A DNA stretch of 64,000 nt from Macrostomum lignano (lineage: Eukaryota), in NCBI GenBank assembly GCA_002269645.1, contig NIVC01000006.1:62001-126000 (forward strand), given 5' to 3'. A program made the translations under genes and the position numbers. Position 1 is the first letter of the stretch. The number at the start of each line of letters is the position of its first letter. The notes below the pieces were generated by a model, which saw only the letters and a program-made list of their open reading frames with translations, did no database searches and was not told the DNA's origin. Of this stretch, positions 46,201 through 56,822 are shown one piece after another.

Positions 46201-47330
46201 GCGTTTTTACCGTTTGAGATCACTGTGTTGCGAGGGTTGGTTGACGTGGTCACATCGATCCCCAGGTGTGTCTTATCGATTCCCTCAGATCCCCAGGTGT
46301 GTGTCTTATTGATTCCCTCAGATCCCCAGGTGTGTGTCTTATCGATTCCCTCAGATCCCCAGGTCTTATCGATTCCCTCAGATCCCCAGGTGTGTCTTAT
46401 CGATTCCCTCAGATCCCCAGGTCTTATCGATTCCCTCAGATCCCCAGGTGTGTCTTATCGATTCCCTTAGATCCCCAGGTGTGTGTCTTATCGATTCCCT
46501 CAGATCCCCAGGTGTGTGTCTTATTGATTCCCTCAGATCCCCAGGTGTGTGTCTTATTGATTCCCTCAGATCCCCAGGTGTGTGTCTTATCGATTCCCTC
46601 AGATCCCCAGGTGTGTGTCTTATCGATTCCCTCAGATCCCCAGGTGTGTGTCTTATCGATTCCCTCAGATCCCCAGGTGTGTGTCTTATCGATTCCCTCA
46701 GATCCCCAGGTGTGTGTCTTATCGATTCCCTCAGATCCCCAGGTGTGTGTCTTATCGATTCCCTCAGATCCCCAGGTGTGTGTCATCGATTCCCTCAGAT
46801 CCCCAGGTGCCTGATTGATCCCATCCCACTCAGCTCCCCAGGTGCCTGATTGATCCCATCCACTCAGATCCCCAGGTGCCTGATTGATCCCATCCCACTC
46901 AGCTCCCCAGGTGCCTGATTGATCCCATCCACTCAGATCCCCAGGTGCCTGATTGATCCCATCCCACTCAGCTCCCCAGGTGCCTGATTGATCCCATTCC
47001 ACTCAGATCCTCGGAAGCCCCAGACTCCCCAATGGCCGGTCTCCTCCCCTGCAGAACCGCGGCATCTACATGTTCCGCCTCGACGACGACTGGATTGTCG
47101 ACGCAACAATCTGCGGCGGTCCGGCCCGCTACATCAACCACAGCTGCCAGCCCAACTGCTCAGCTGAGGTTGTGGACGTTGATCGCGGCCGCAAGATCAT
47201 CATCTTGGCCAACAGGCGAGTTAAGAAAGGCGAAGAGCTCACCTACGATTACAAGTTCGACTTTGAGGACTCCGGCAGTAAGATCCCCTGTCTGTGCGGC
47301 GCGCCACACTGCCGCAAATGGATGAATTGA
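22245..47330 (+). CDS. KMT2C/KMT2D: Histone-lysine N-methyltransferase 2C/2D (MLL3/MLL4) homolog, 17 exons, 4271 aa
   Basis: Exons: 22245-23002, 23276-23891, 25205-26281, 26893-28962, 29884-30099, 30270-30936, 31035-31102, 31191-33968, 34808-35525, 36250-36797, 39106-39568, 40705-41357, 41903-42439, 42989-43444, 44383-44954, 45856-46198, 47055-47330. All GT-AG, phases consistent, total 12816 nt. Domains: ePHD (WAHHCC), PHD2-3, PHD4-6, HMG box (MWRKLPAEERHQWV), C-terminal ePHD (WVHLNCALW), FYRN/FYRC, WIN motif GCARSEP, SET (SRIQGLGLF, RYINHSC, ELTYDY) and post-SET (CLCGAPHCRKWMN). Confidence 0.96.
23900..24990. repeat. Pyrimidine-rich 14/15-bp repeat TTGCTTCTGTCCAA, KMT2 intron 2
   Basis: Direct repetition. 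Confidence 0.95.
26385..26640. repeat. Degenerate ~27-bp repeat GATGCTTTCCTAGAAATCAGGGTTCCC, KMT2 intron 3
   Basis: Direct degenerate repetition. Confidence 0.8.
29000..29790. repeat. Minisatellite, 23-bp unit CAATGAGAATCGCCCACAGACCC, KMT2 intron 4
   Basis: Direct repetition. Confidence 0.96.
30415..30880 (+). repeat. Coding tandem repeat (QQQQSL-type, 18/21-nt units) in KMT2 exon 6
   Basis: In-frame repeat within a phase-consistent exon. Confidence 0.9.
31722..32680 (+). repeat. Coding 63-bp (21-aa) repeat CEPGSGNCGTDDEADDAPKPR in KMT2 exon 8
   Basis: About 10 near-identical and 4 degenerate copies, all in frame. Confidence 0.92.
34040..34770. repeat. Minisatellite, 34-bp unit GAGATTTCGCACCGGGACTAACAATCTAAGGGGT, KMT2 intron 8
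   Basis: Direct repetition. Confidence 0.95.
35526..36150. repeat. Minisatellite, ~29-30-bp unit GTGAGATTCTAGAGTGGCTAAATCTCTGG, KMT2 intron 9, starting at the donor itself
   Basis: Direct repetition; the first unit begins with the intron's GT. Confidence 0.93.
36835..39020. repeat. 24-bp minisatellite GTAGCTTCAGTGGCTGAAGGGTTT (~91 copies) with a 720-bp higher-order period, KMT2 intron 10
   Basis: Direct repetition; the diagnostic variant pattern recurs every 720 bp (ORF-track starts 37296/38016/38736, 37560/38280, 37752/38472). Confidence 0.95.
39600..40670. repeat. 22/23-bp minisatellite TCCCTCCTGAACTTTCTCTG(A/G)TA(A), KMT2 intron 11
   Basis: Direct repetition. Confidence 0.96.
41375..41780. 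repeat. Degenerate 20-bp minisatellite AGGTCCCAATGCCTCTAGAT, KMT2 intron 12
   Basis: Direct repetition. Confidence 0.9.
42490..42830. repeat. Degenerate ~23-bp minisatellite GGGATTTCCCTATTCTAAATATT, KMT2 intron 13
   Basis: Direct repetition. Confidence 0.85.
43580..44300. repeat. 29-bp minisatellite TTAGTAGGTCACCTGACTCACCTAATCCC, KMT2 intron 14
   Basis: Direct repetition with a recurring interrupting variant. Confidence 0.94.
45015..45715. repeat. 19/20-bp minisatellite TAGGGTTTATGGTTGAGGTG, KMT2 intron 15
   Basis: Direct repetition. Confidence 0.95.
46255..47010. repeat. Compound minisatellite (33-bp GATTCCCTCAGATCCCCAGGTGTGTGTCTTATC then ~35-bp CCCCAGGTGCCTGATTGATCCCATCCCACTCAGCT), KMT2 intron 16
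   Basis: Direct repetition. Confidence 0.95.
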
Positions 47331-49699
47331 TTGACCGCTAACTGCGATACATATCGGTAGGCACGAGACTGTCTAGTACACAGATAGCAACTTGGCAAGA
47401 TAGCTAATAACAAACGATTCGTGCGCTATAATACATTTAAATGCTTATATTTTTAACTGCCTACTGAACTGACAGTAGCTTAACACGCAAAATAAGTATC
47501 TGGAAAGTCTGTCCCAGGCCTGAATTGCACGGAAATTACCCTAGATACCTTTTCAGGCTAATTAAACTGGGTGAGACTGAGTTCTGTTGCTATGCAATTC
47601 AATGCATTTGCGCTGTGTCTAAGTTACTAAAATATTGTCGTTCATCTTTTAGCGGGTTATTTTATTCATATGTACAGATATGATGTACAGAATCCCGCTG
47701 AAACTGCGGTTATTATGAAATCATTTTTATCGTTTTGAACTCGTCCTGTTTTGCTTTGCCTGTGCTGTTTTGCTTTTTTTCGGCCGTCTCCCTTGAACTG
47801 TTATTGTTTGTTTTAGCTTGAACTTATTCTTAAATTATATACTATGGTTAACGCACTTTTATCATGTTGTGAATGCACTTTGGCTGTTGCCATATTGTCC
47901 TGCTTAATTATCTACTGTTGCTACAATGGCGGAAGTCTTGTGTTTTGCCTGTCTGTTTGCATTGGGAGGCAGCTTGCTTGCATTTTTTGCCACGAAATTC
48001 TCTTCTCTCTCTGTTTTAATCTCTGGGATCAGATGATTATGTAATCGTTTTTTATCAGCTTAGTAGTTATTAGCGTCTCCTAGAAGCTGCACTGATCCGT
48101 GATTGATCGATCGATCCATCGTTGATAGTTTGTTTTTTATGATTGTACATAATCGACTATATATTTACAAGCGGCATGCGGTTATATTATTATTATTACT
48201 ATTATTATTATTCTCATTGAACTGGTTTAAACCCATCCTATTTATCTATAAGCAGTCTGTCCGAATCTTATTCAGAAGCTGTGTTTTAATGCCTAGACTA
48301 GCACTAACTGTTGCGCGCTTACTACTTGCTATACTAATACTACTACTGCTCGCCTCATCAGTAGTATGAGTGAATCGGAAATCAGCTAGCATATATTTTT
48401 CAGCTTTACATTATTGTTGCTCATCTAAATTGTGCACCGCAGCCCAGTCTGTATTGATTAGTTATTGGAGCGATTGCTAATTCCTTGTAAATATCGACAC
48501 AATCTCTTAAATGCTACATTTGTATGCGCATCGCCTACTACTGTTATTATCCAATTGCGACCCTGTTCACAGCATCGGTCATAAATTCTAATATTGCAAC
48601 AAAATTTCGCTTATTTCATTGTTGTTTTTTAAAGTAAATTCTATTTCTGATCAGTGCAGCTATTTGCATATAACTTGGCGTTCTCAGATACATAGTTATA
48701 CTTTGCTTCTTGTGTATACATTTTCTCTGTGTTGCTTGGCTGCAATATGGGCAAATGTTCAAAGCGGGAGGCTAAACTGTGCTATATACACTGGCTCCAT
48801 ATTCCGACAGTACATGTATGTGCTTGTCAAACACTCATTAAACCACAATTCTTGACTAGTTAACTATAGTCTATCAAAAAGGTTGCCAATATGTTTTGAC
48901 TATGCTTTTTTAATTTGATAATCAAGCTTTATAAAATCAATCAAATGGATATATATTATAAGTACACCTGGTTTCCAAGCTGCAACACCCCCTGCTCAGG
49001 GCAGTTTAATAATTTAAGGGCAATTTAAAAATTAGTCTCGTCAAAAAGTAGTTTCATCAATGAGTATGCCAAACGCTCAGGCCTATGTTTTGATAATGAC
49101 ATAAATTAGAGAAAACAACATTTTAAAATTATAATCGTTTATGTATGTATTTAAGGGAAATTTCAAGGACCATCTATGGTTATAAATTTTTAGTATATGG
49201 ATTATAATACAGTGGTCCTATGGATATTTTTGTCGAAACTAATGGCAGCCCTCGGGAGCCCTTGCTGTCGTGAACAGTCAAAAACATTATTAAAATGAAG
49301 AATTAGAATTACTATATGCTCCGCAAAATTCATCGAGCCTCTTCAAATCGCCGGTTTGAAAACCGGAACCGGTTCCGAACCGGTTAGACGCTCTTCATAT
49401 CGATGGTTCGAAAAACAGAATCAGTTCTGGAACATGGTTCGAGAAATTTTCTCGAACAGTTGTCATGTTTACACTTTAACAGTAAAATATATTTGAAATC
49501 GTCAATTTTTTTATTGTTATATAATTATTCCGCTTTTTGTCATATCCAAGAGGAAACAAAGTCAAAGAACGACAAAATTAAATTTTAAAGACTGTCAAAC
49601 ATTAAATTGGTCCGAAGCTCCTCATTTCACACTGATTCTGGTTCTAGAACTCGTCGTCGAATTTATTCTGGTTCTAGAACCGATGGCTGTGAAGAGGCT

Positions 49700-50965
49700 G
49701 GGTCTACGATGTTTGCCTGCCGGACGTTTGCCAGCCGACGTTTGCCTGCGGAACGTCTGCCAGCCGACGTTTGCCAGCCGACGTTGGCCAGCGGGAAGTT
49801 TGCCAGCCGACGTTTGCCTGCGGGACGTTTGCCAGCCGACGTTTGCCTGCGGGACGTTTGCCTGCCGACGTTTGCCAGCCGACGTTTGCCAGCCGACGTT
49901 TGCCTGCCGACGTTTGCCTGCGCGACGTTTGCCAGCCGACGTTTGCCAGCCGACGTTTGCCAGCCGACGTTTGCCAGCCGACGTTTGCCTGCGGGACGTT
50001 TGCCAGCCCTCCAAAATGATACAATGGGGCATAGGTTTTAATTTTTGGTGCGGCTAGGGAAGAGAAGGCGGCTACAGACATGTCAGTGCATGCTTGTTGT
50101 TGGCCATGACAGCGTGCACTTGACAAGGCGCTTGCAGGAATTAGTTCGCTTACTTTTGGATCTCCCATGAACTGGGAAATATTCAATTTAAAATTATCGT
50201 TCAGCAGTTATTTTATTTGCTCAAAACTTGGCTCGCTGGAGATTCCCATTCAAATTTGCGTGTCAATTCATTCGCAAATCATGAAATCGCAAATCATGAA
50301 TTCGCAAATCATGCAAAATCAAACATCTTAAACTGGGAAAAGCGATACAAAACTGGCAGAAGTAAACTTTATAATAATATTTTTACATTCAATTAAAGAT
50401 GATGATGAACTGCTAAATATTAATTAATTTAGAGCGTATAGATTTTGTTTTCGATTTATACATCATGCGAATAAGTTAGCCGTCAATTAAAAAGTTGGAC
50501 TAAAATTGTTTTTTCCAAAACAGCTAAACTGCGAATATTTCAGTATCACATTCACTCCGACTTGCTGTTGGTTGGCAAACGTCGGCTGGCAAACGTCCCG
50601 CAGGCAAAAGTCGGCTGGCAAACGTCCCGCAGGCAAAAGTCGGCTGGCAAAGGTCCTGCAGGCAAACGTCCTGCAGGCAAACGTCCCGCAGGCAAACGTC
50701 GGCTGGCAAACGTCGGCTGGCAAACGTCGGCTGGCAAACGTCGGCTGGCAAATGTCGGCTGGCAAACGTCGGCTGGCAAACGTCCCGCAGGCAAACGTCC
50801 CGCAGGCAAACGTCGGCTGGCAAACGTCCCGCAGGCAAACGTCGGCTGGCAAACGTCCCGCAGGCAAACGTCGGCTGGCAAACGTCGGCTGGCAAACGTC
50901 GACTGGCAAACTTCCCGCAGGCAAACGTCGGCTGGCAAACGTCCCGCAGGCAAACGTCGCTATCC
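49700..50965. mobile_element. Non-autonomous foldback/MULE-like element (1266 bp); arms built of 14/15-bp GACGTTTGCCAGCC / GGGACGTTTGCCTGC repeats; 10-bp TSD
   Basis: Forward array 49710-50008, reverse-complement array 50571-50958, GG-starting termini, TGAAGAGGCT at 49690-49699 and 50966-50975. Confidence 0.85.
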
Positions 50966-51130
50966 TGAAGAGGCTCATGTATTATTGTTTTAGCAAAGGT
51001 TTCTGTTATTACTTTCCTAAAGTGCCACTTTTATCAAGAAACGTATGGTTTATTTTTGTTATTCTTGCTTTAACAAACCTATTTTAAACGTTTGAATTGT
51101 GTTCATGGAAAGTTTGATTAATATTCAAAT

Positions 51131-52450
51131 ACCATCCTTTTTGAGCTATATATTGACGACATTGTTGAATATCTTGAACTCTCTAGTGCTAGACGCTCTC
51201 TTACGAGATCTGCTTTCCCACTCATCCTGCTCTTTGCGGACGATCAAGCCATTCTAGCTAAAAACAAAGACGAACTTCAAGACACATTTACGACTATGGA
51301 AAATTACTGCAAGCAAAATTACTTGAAAGTAAATGCAAGCAAAACAAAGTTTATGCAGGGCAGTACCAGACAAAAAAACGACATAGAAAGCTTTGCTACA
51401 AAAATATTCTACGACAACCAAGAAATAGAGGAAGTAAATGAATTTAAATACCTGGGAATTATTTTTGAACCAAAAAACAGCTTCAAAAAATGTATTGAAC
51501 ATCAAACTAAGCAGGGATATACAGCTATGTTTTCCCTACTCCATAGGGTAAAGAATACGTCCCTGGACATCACACTCATTTGCAGACTATTCGACGCGCT
51601 TGTTACCCCCGTTATCACGTACGGCTGTGAGCTCTGGGGCCCTCTGGCCCCATTTCTGAAACAAAAGCTATTGATAACATTCAGCTGAAATTCTACAAAT
51701 ATCTCCTCAATCTACCAAAATTTGCTAGCAACAGCGTGATATCATCAGAACTTGAGCTTACTCCAATCTCCCAACGAATCGCTAAAACCTACCTTACCTA
51801 CTGGCTGAAGATTAGACACCAAAAACTTTGCCAAACGACACTAGAAATTTTCTACTCAAACACCAGCCAAAAAAATCCATGGAAAACGAATGTACTAAAG
51901 AAACTGGAAAGTATAGACTTGAAAGCACTAACTGAAGATAAACTTTCCCAAAGCTTTAATAACGAGAAATACCTAGTGAAAAAGCACCTCAAGATACACA
52001 GAGAAAGAGAACTTAGCCAAAAGCTAGAGAATCAGCAACATATTAGATTCTACAAAAACGCCTATCTCTACAAAAAAATCTGCAGGCCCGACCTTTCAGA
52101 TTACTTTCCATGCACATTTAGAAACAAAAAATTCCTAACAACCCTCCTAAAACTGAAATGCGAGATTACACCCAACATTTTCTCTCAAGAAGCATGTAGA
52201 CTGTGTGGAGCGAGAAATGGTTCCGATATCCTACACTACTTGACCGAATGTCCACAAACTGAAAAGATCAGAAAAAAATACTTCTGTCAATACCTCTTAA
52301 ATGACAAACAAGTACACAAGATAGGATATGCTACAAATGAAAAAAGAGTCAGAAAAGAGCTCACTAGTGTAGCTAAAATATATGAAGTCATGAATAGCTA
52401 AAACAGTTATGCAAACTGAAACAGATACATCAGCAGTGTAATAAATCCGC
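51131..52450 (+). mobile_element. 5'-truncated non-LTR retrotransposon (LINE) ORF2 remnant: RT C-terminal half plus C-terminal CCHC motif
   Basis: TILFELYIDD..LLFADDQAILA (YADD box), KTKFM, FKYLGIIF, YGCELWG, a frameshift near 51658, IQLKFYKYLL and CRLCGARNGSDILHYLTEC. Stop at 52399-52401 and AATAAA near 52440. Clade (L2/Crack/RTEX-like) not determined. Confidence 0.88.
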
Positions 52451-52685
52451 TTTTCAGTTGTTTATTCATTTACTGCCTTTTTAATTTCCTATTTAATTCG
52501 TCGTTAATCGTTAAACGTTAAGTTCGTTCGAAGTGTGTTTATGCTCGTTTTTCACGCTTTGAAATATCACGCGCTTTCAAAAATACTATATCTTTTTACA
52601 AAAATCGCCTATTATTGAGGACAATCCTTAATTATACTAGATATTTGTTATATTGACAAAATAATATTTAACTACCTTTTCTGAA

Positions 52686-53061
52686 GGGTCTCCCTAAAAC
52701 ACGCACCGCACCGCCCCGAACCGCTACACATTATAACATTTTTTGTCAATGCAGTATTTGATTGCAAAGAAAACTATGTGTTGTAAGAGTAATGGAATAA
52801 ATATCTTTAATTAATATTTTAAATAATATTTTTTTTATATTCTCGTTTTCATTATTAAATTATATTATTATTATTTTATGAATATTATTTTTAATATCAC
52901 TTATTACTCACCGAATTCTAAATTTGAAGTAAAAAAAACTAAACTTAATTAAAACTTTGAAGCTTAACAGAAAACGCATTTTGAACTGTCTTCAGTTATA
53001 GTCCAATTTGTTTTAATGTGTAGCGCTGCAGGGCGGTGCGGGGCGTGTTTTAGGGAGACCC
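52686..53061. mobile_element. MITE (376 bp), ~48-bp TIR GGGTCTCCCTAAAACACGC..GCTACACATTA, 8-bp TSD TTTCTGAA
   Basis: TIRs at 52686-52733 and 53014-53061; TSD at 52678-52685 and 53062-53069; AT-rich interior. Confidence 0.9.
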
Positions 53062-53651
53062 TTTCTGAATCGCATTTTAGAAGAATCGTTTTGCATTAAG
53101 GTCATTATATATATACAACATCGATTTTCTATTTTTCCCTGCTAGAATCTTGCTGTTCCGTTCCGTCGTTAGTCGTTAATCGGCTGAAAAAACCGTAAAA
53201 AATTCTTGACGCCCTTTCAAATACCTTACTTAATACAAATATCGTGTAGTACTCGTTTTCAGCGATCGTGTAAAATTTAACCTTTTGAATAAATACTAAA
53301 TAAATCGGATCATACTGGCATAACAGGCTCCTTAAGCCTGAGCCAAAATTTACTACTACTACTACTACTGATTAATATTCAAATTAATGATTCATTCATT
53401 TTCGTTATACACTTTAGTGTGTATTCCAGGGAAATACACAGCCCACAGGCTAACACAGATTTTCTACTACCTACCGTTTTAGATGCAGGGATTCCCCGAG
53501 CGATATTCAAGATCGATATTCGGAAATAACAAAAATCTTTGCTTTTAAAGCACCAAACGCTATGATTTTTTACAGAAAAAACATCACCCACGAGATAAAC
53601 CGACTTGAAAAAAATTACGGCTACAGATAGAAAGGAATTTTTACAATTTGC

Positions 53652-55271
53652 AAAAACTGATGTTCCTATCTCCACAATGCATTAGATTGATATTCGATTT
53701 CGAGTACTTCTGCTTGCTCTCTGTCGCTGAAAATTGACATGCAGGACTTCACCCAGACACTAAGCGATTATCATAACTCAAACCGAACTCAAGGCTTCAT
53801 GCTCGAGAACTATTCGAGAAAAACTGATGTTCCTATCTCCACAATGCATTAGATTGATATTCGATTTCGAGTACTTCTGCTTGCTCTCTGTCGCTGAAAA
53901 TTGACATGCAGGACTTCACCCAGACACTAAGCGATTATCATAACTCAAACCGAACTCAAAGCTTCATGCTCGAGAACTATTCGAGAAAAACTGATGTTCC
54001 TATCTCCACAATGCATTAGATTGATATTCGATTTCGAGTACTTCTGCTTGCTCTCTGTCGCTGAAAATTGACATGCAGGACTTCACCCAGACACTAAGCG
54101 ATTATCATAACTCAAACCGAACTCAAAGCTTCTTGCTCGAGAACTATTCGAGAAAAACTGATGTTCCTATCTCCACAATGCATTAGATTGATATTCGATT
54201 TCGAGTACTTCTGCTTGCTCTCTGTCGCTGAAAATTGACATGCAGGACTTCACCCAGACACTAAGCGATTATCATAACTCAAACCGAACTCAAAGCTTCA
54301 TGCTCGAGAACTATTCGAGAAAAACTGATGTTCCTATCTCCACAATGCATTAGATTGATATTCGATTTCGAGTACTTCTGCTTGCTCTCTGTCGCTGAAA
54401 ATTGACATGCAGGACTTCACCCAGACACTAAGCGATTATCATAACTCAAACCGAACTCAAAGCTTCATGCTCGAGAACTATTCGAGAAAAACTGATGTTC
54501 CTATCTCCACAATGCATTAGATTGATATTCGATTTCGAGTACTTCTGCTTGCTCTCTGTCGCTGAAAATTGACATGCAGGACTTCACCCAGACACTAAGC
54601 GATTATCATAACTCAAACCGAACTCAAGGCTTCATGCTCGAGAACTATTCGAGAAAAACTGATGTTCCTATCTCCACAATGCATTAGATTGATATTCGAT
54701 TTCGAGTACTTCTGCTTGCTCTCTGTCGCTGAAAATTGACATGCAGGACTTCACCCAGACACTAAGCGATTATCATAACTCAAACCGAACTCAAAGCTTC
54801 ATGCTCGAGAACTATTCGAGAAAAACTGATGTTCCTATCTCCACAATGCATTAGATTGATATTCGATTTCGAGTACTTCTGCTTGCTCTCTGTCGCTGAA
54901 AATTGACATGCAGGACTTCACCCAGACACTAAGCGATTATCATAACTCAAACCGAACTCAAAGCTTCATGCTCGAGAACTATTCGAGAAAAACTGATGTT
55001 CCTATCTCCACAATGCATTAGATTGATATTCGATTTCGAGTACTTCTGCTTGCTCTCTGTCGCTGAAAATTGACATGCAGGACTTCACCCAGACACTAAG
55101 CGATTATCATAACTCAAACCGAACTCAAAGCTTCATGCTCGAGAACTATTCGAGAAAAACTGATGTTCCTATCTCCACAATGCATTAGATTGATATTCGA
55201 TTTCGAGTACTTCTGCTTGCTCTCTGTCGCTGAAAATTGACATGCAGGACTTCACCCAGACACTAAGCGAT
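53652..55271 (+). repeat. 167-bp satellite array, left arm (~9.7 copies)
   Basis: Period 167 (CTGATGTTCC at 53657, 53824, 53991...); near-identical units. Confidence 0.97.
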
Positions 55272-55274
55272 TGT

Positions 55275-55757
55275 CTGTAATCTCTCCGTAATCTCTCCTG
55301 AACTGCCTCTGATATCCCTCCTGACCTGAACTTTCTCTGGTAATCCCTCCTGAACTTTCTCTGGTATCCCTCCTGAAGTTTCTCTGGTAATCCCTCCTGA
55401 ACTTTCTCTGATAATCCCTCCTGAACTTTCTCTGGTAATCCCTCCTGAACTTTCTCTGATATTCCTCCTGAACTTTCTCTGATATTCCTCCTGAACTTTC
55501 TCTGATATCCCCCCTGAACTTTCTCTGGTAATCCCTCCTGAACTTTCTCTGATATCCCCCCTGAACTTTCTCTGGTAATCCCTCCTGAACTTTCTCTGAT
55601 AATCCCTCCTGAACTTTCTCTGATAATCCCTCCTGAACTTTCTCTGGTAATCCCTCCTGAACTTTCTCTGATATTCCTCCTGAACTTTCTCTGATATCCC
55701 CCCCCTGAACTTTCTCTGGTAATCCCTCCTGAACTTTCTCTGATATCCCTCCTGAAC
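55275..55757. repeat. 22/23-bp minisatellite identical in variant order to part of KMT2 intron 11
   Basis: Same idiosyncratic variants (CCTGACCTGAAC, CTGAAGTTT, C7 run) in the same order as 39714-40558. Confidence 0.92.
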
Positions 55758-56040
55758 TGAACAGTGCATTAGACTGGGATAATAATTTTGTTCTTTGTGT
55801 GAATATATAGTAAGATATTTGCATGCATGATGTACATATATTGGCTGATTCACAATAATTTTTTAAAAGATTCTCTACGAACTATAGTAAGCACTGACTC
55901 ATTAGGTTCAATCAGTTAAATTGATTTCATTAAGCCATGCAGCACTATTAAAATTTTTCGCGTTGTGTACACTGACCTGCCTACTTGGACTGTTCGTACA
56001 GTTCCATGCCGTGCAATCAAACATGGTATTTCATTTTTAG

Positions 56041-56822
56041 GAAGCCCGTTTGATTTTGGTTCCCATGTTTACTGGAAGCCATTTTACCTGGTAGCGATTA
56101 ACGTATCAGCTAGAAATGTTTACCTCTTCGACTCCTCTACCAGTAATATCCGCCAGCAGAATGCGTTGCCCAGAATTGTAGAAAACTGGAAGTAAGAAGC
56201 TTTTCCCTTCAACCTTTGACTTCAGATAAGACAATTATGAATGTAAGGATACACATCCATGTAAGCTTTTCCGAACACCAATTGTAGTGCTTTTCTACGT
56301 CTGGCACCAAAAGAAATCTACGAGTATTTTTCACTCAAAGAAAATACTACTTTTCGCAGTGACAACGCTCCACACACTAAGCAAGACGATTCTTTTAGTT
56401 GTGGTGCCTTCGTCTGCTTGTATGCCAGAAGCATAATTCTTGGTAGGGAGCTACAATATCAGAAAGCAAGCAAAGAATTTCTTGAGAATGTGCGTTGTTA
56501 CATATGGAAAGTAATCAGTAACAACTCCGTCGATAGCAACCAAGGTTCTTGTGCCATTTGTCAAGCAGAAGAGCCACCAAAAGCAGACGGTGCAGCAACA
56601 ATTGATTGGGTAAGTTGTAAAATTCTTGTACCTATAAATACCTCTGTGCCAAATATCCATACACTTGTACTCACTTTACCTTTACTTCTTTTACATGCAC
56701 TACTGGTAGATTGAGTGCTCATCCTGTCTTGACTGCATGGATCCACTGCGTCTGTGCATCCACAACGCAAGAAGAGGAAAACTTCTGCTGCTCGACCTGC
56801 AGAAGTTCTCGAGCATGAAGCT
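56041..56822 (+). pseudogene. Spliced Ulp1-like (C48 SUMO/cysteine protease) plus PHD finger gene fragment, frameshifted
   Basis: Exons 56041-56191, 56288-56609 and 56710-56822 with GT-AG introns. LILVPMFTGSHF/YLVAIN..YLFDS and KQDDSFSCGAF give the His-Asp-Gln-Cys catalytic set. CAICQ..IDW|IECSSC/..WIHCVC..FCCSTC is a PHD pattern. Frameshifts near 56084 and 56730. Confidence 0.8.

Noticed and set aside
49350-49390. Palindromic AACCGGAACCGGTTCCGAACCGGTT as a TE terminus or regulatory hairpin
   Set aside because: No partner end or TSD found in the window; too short to call.
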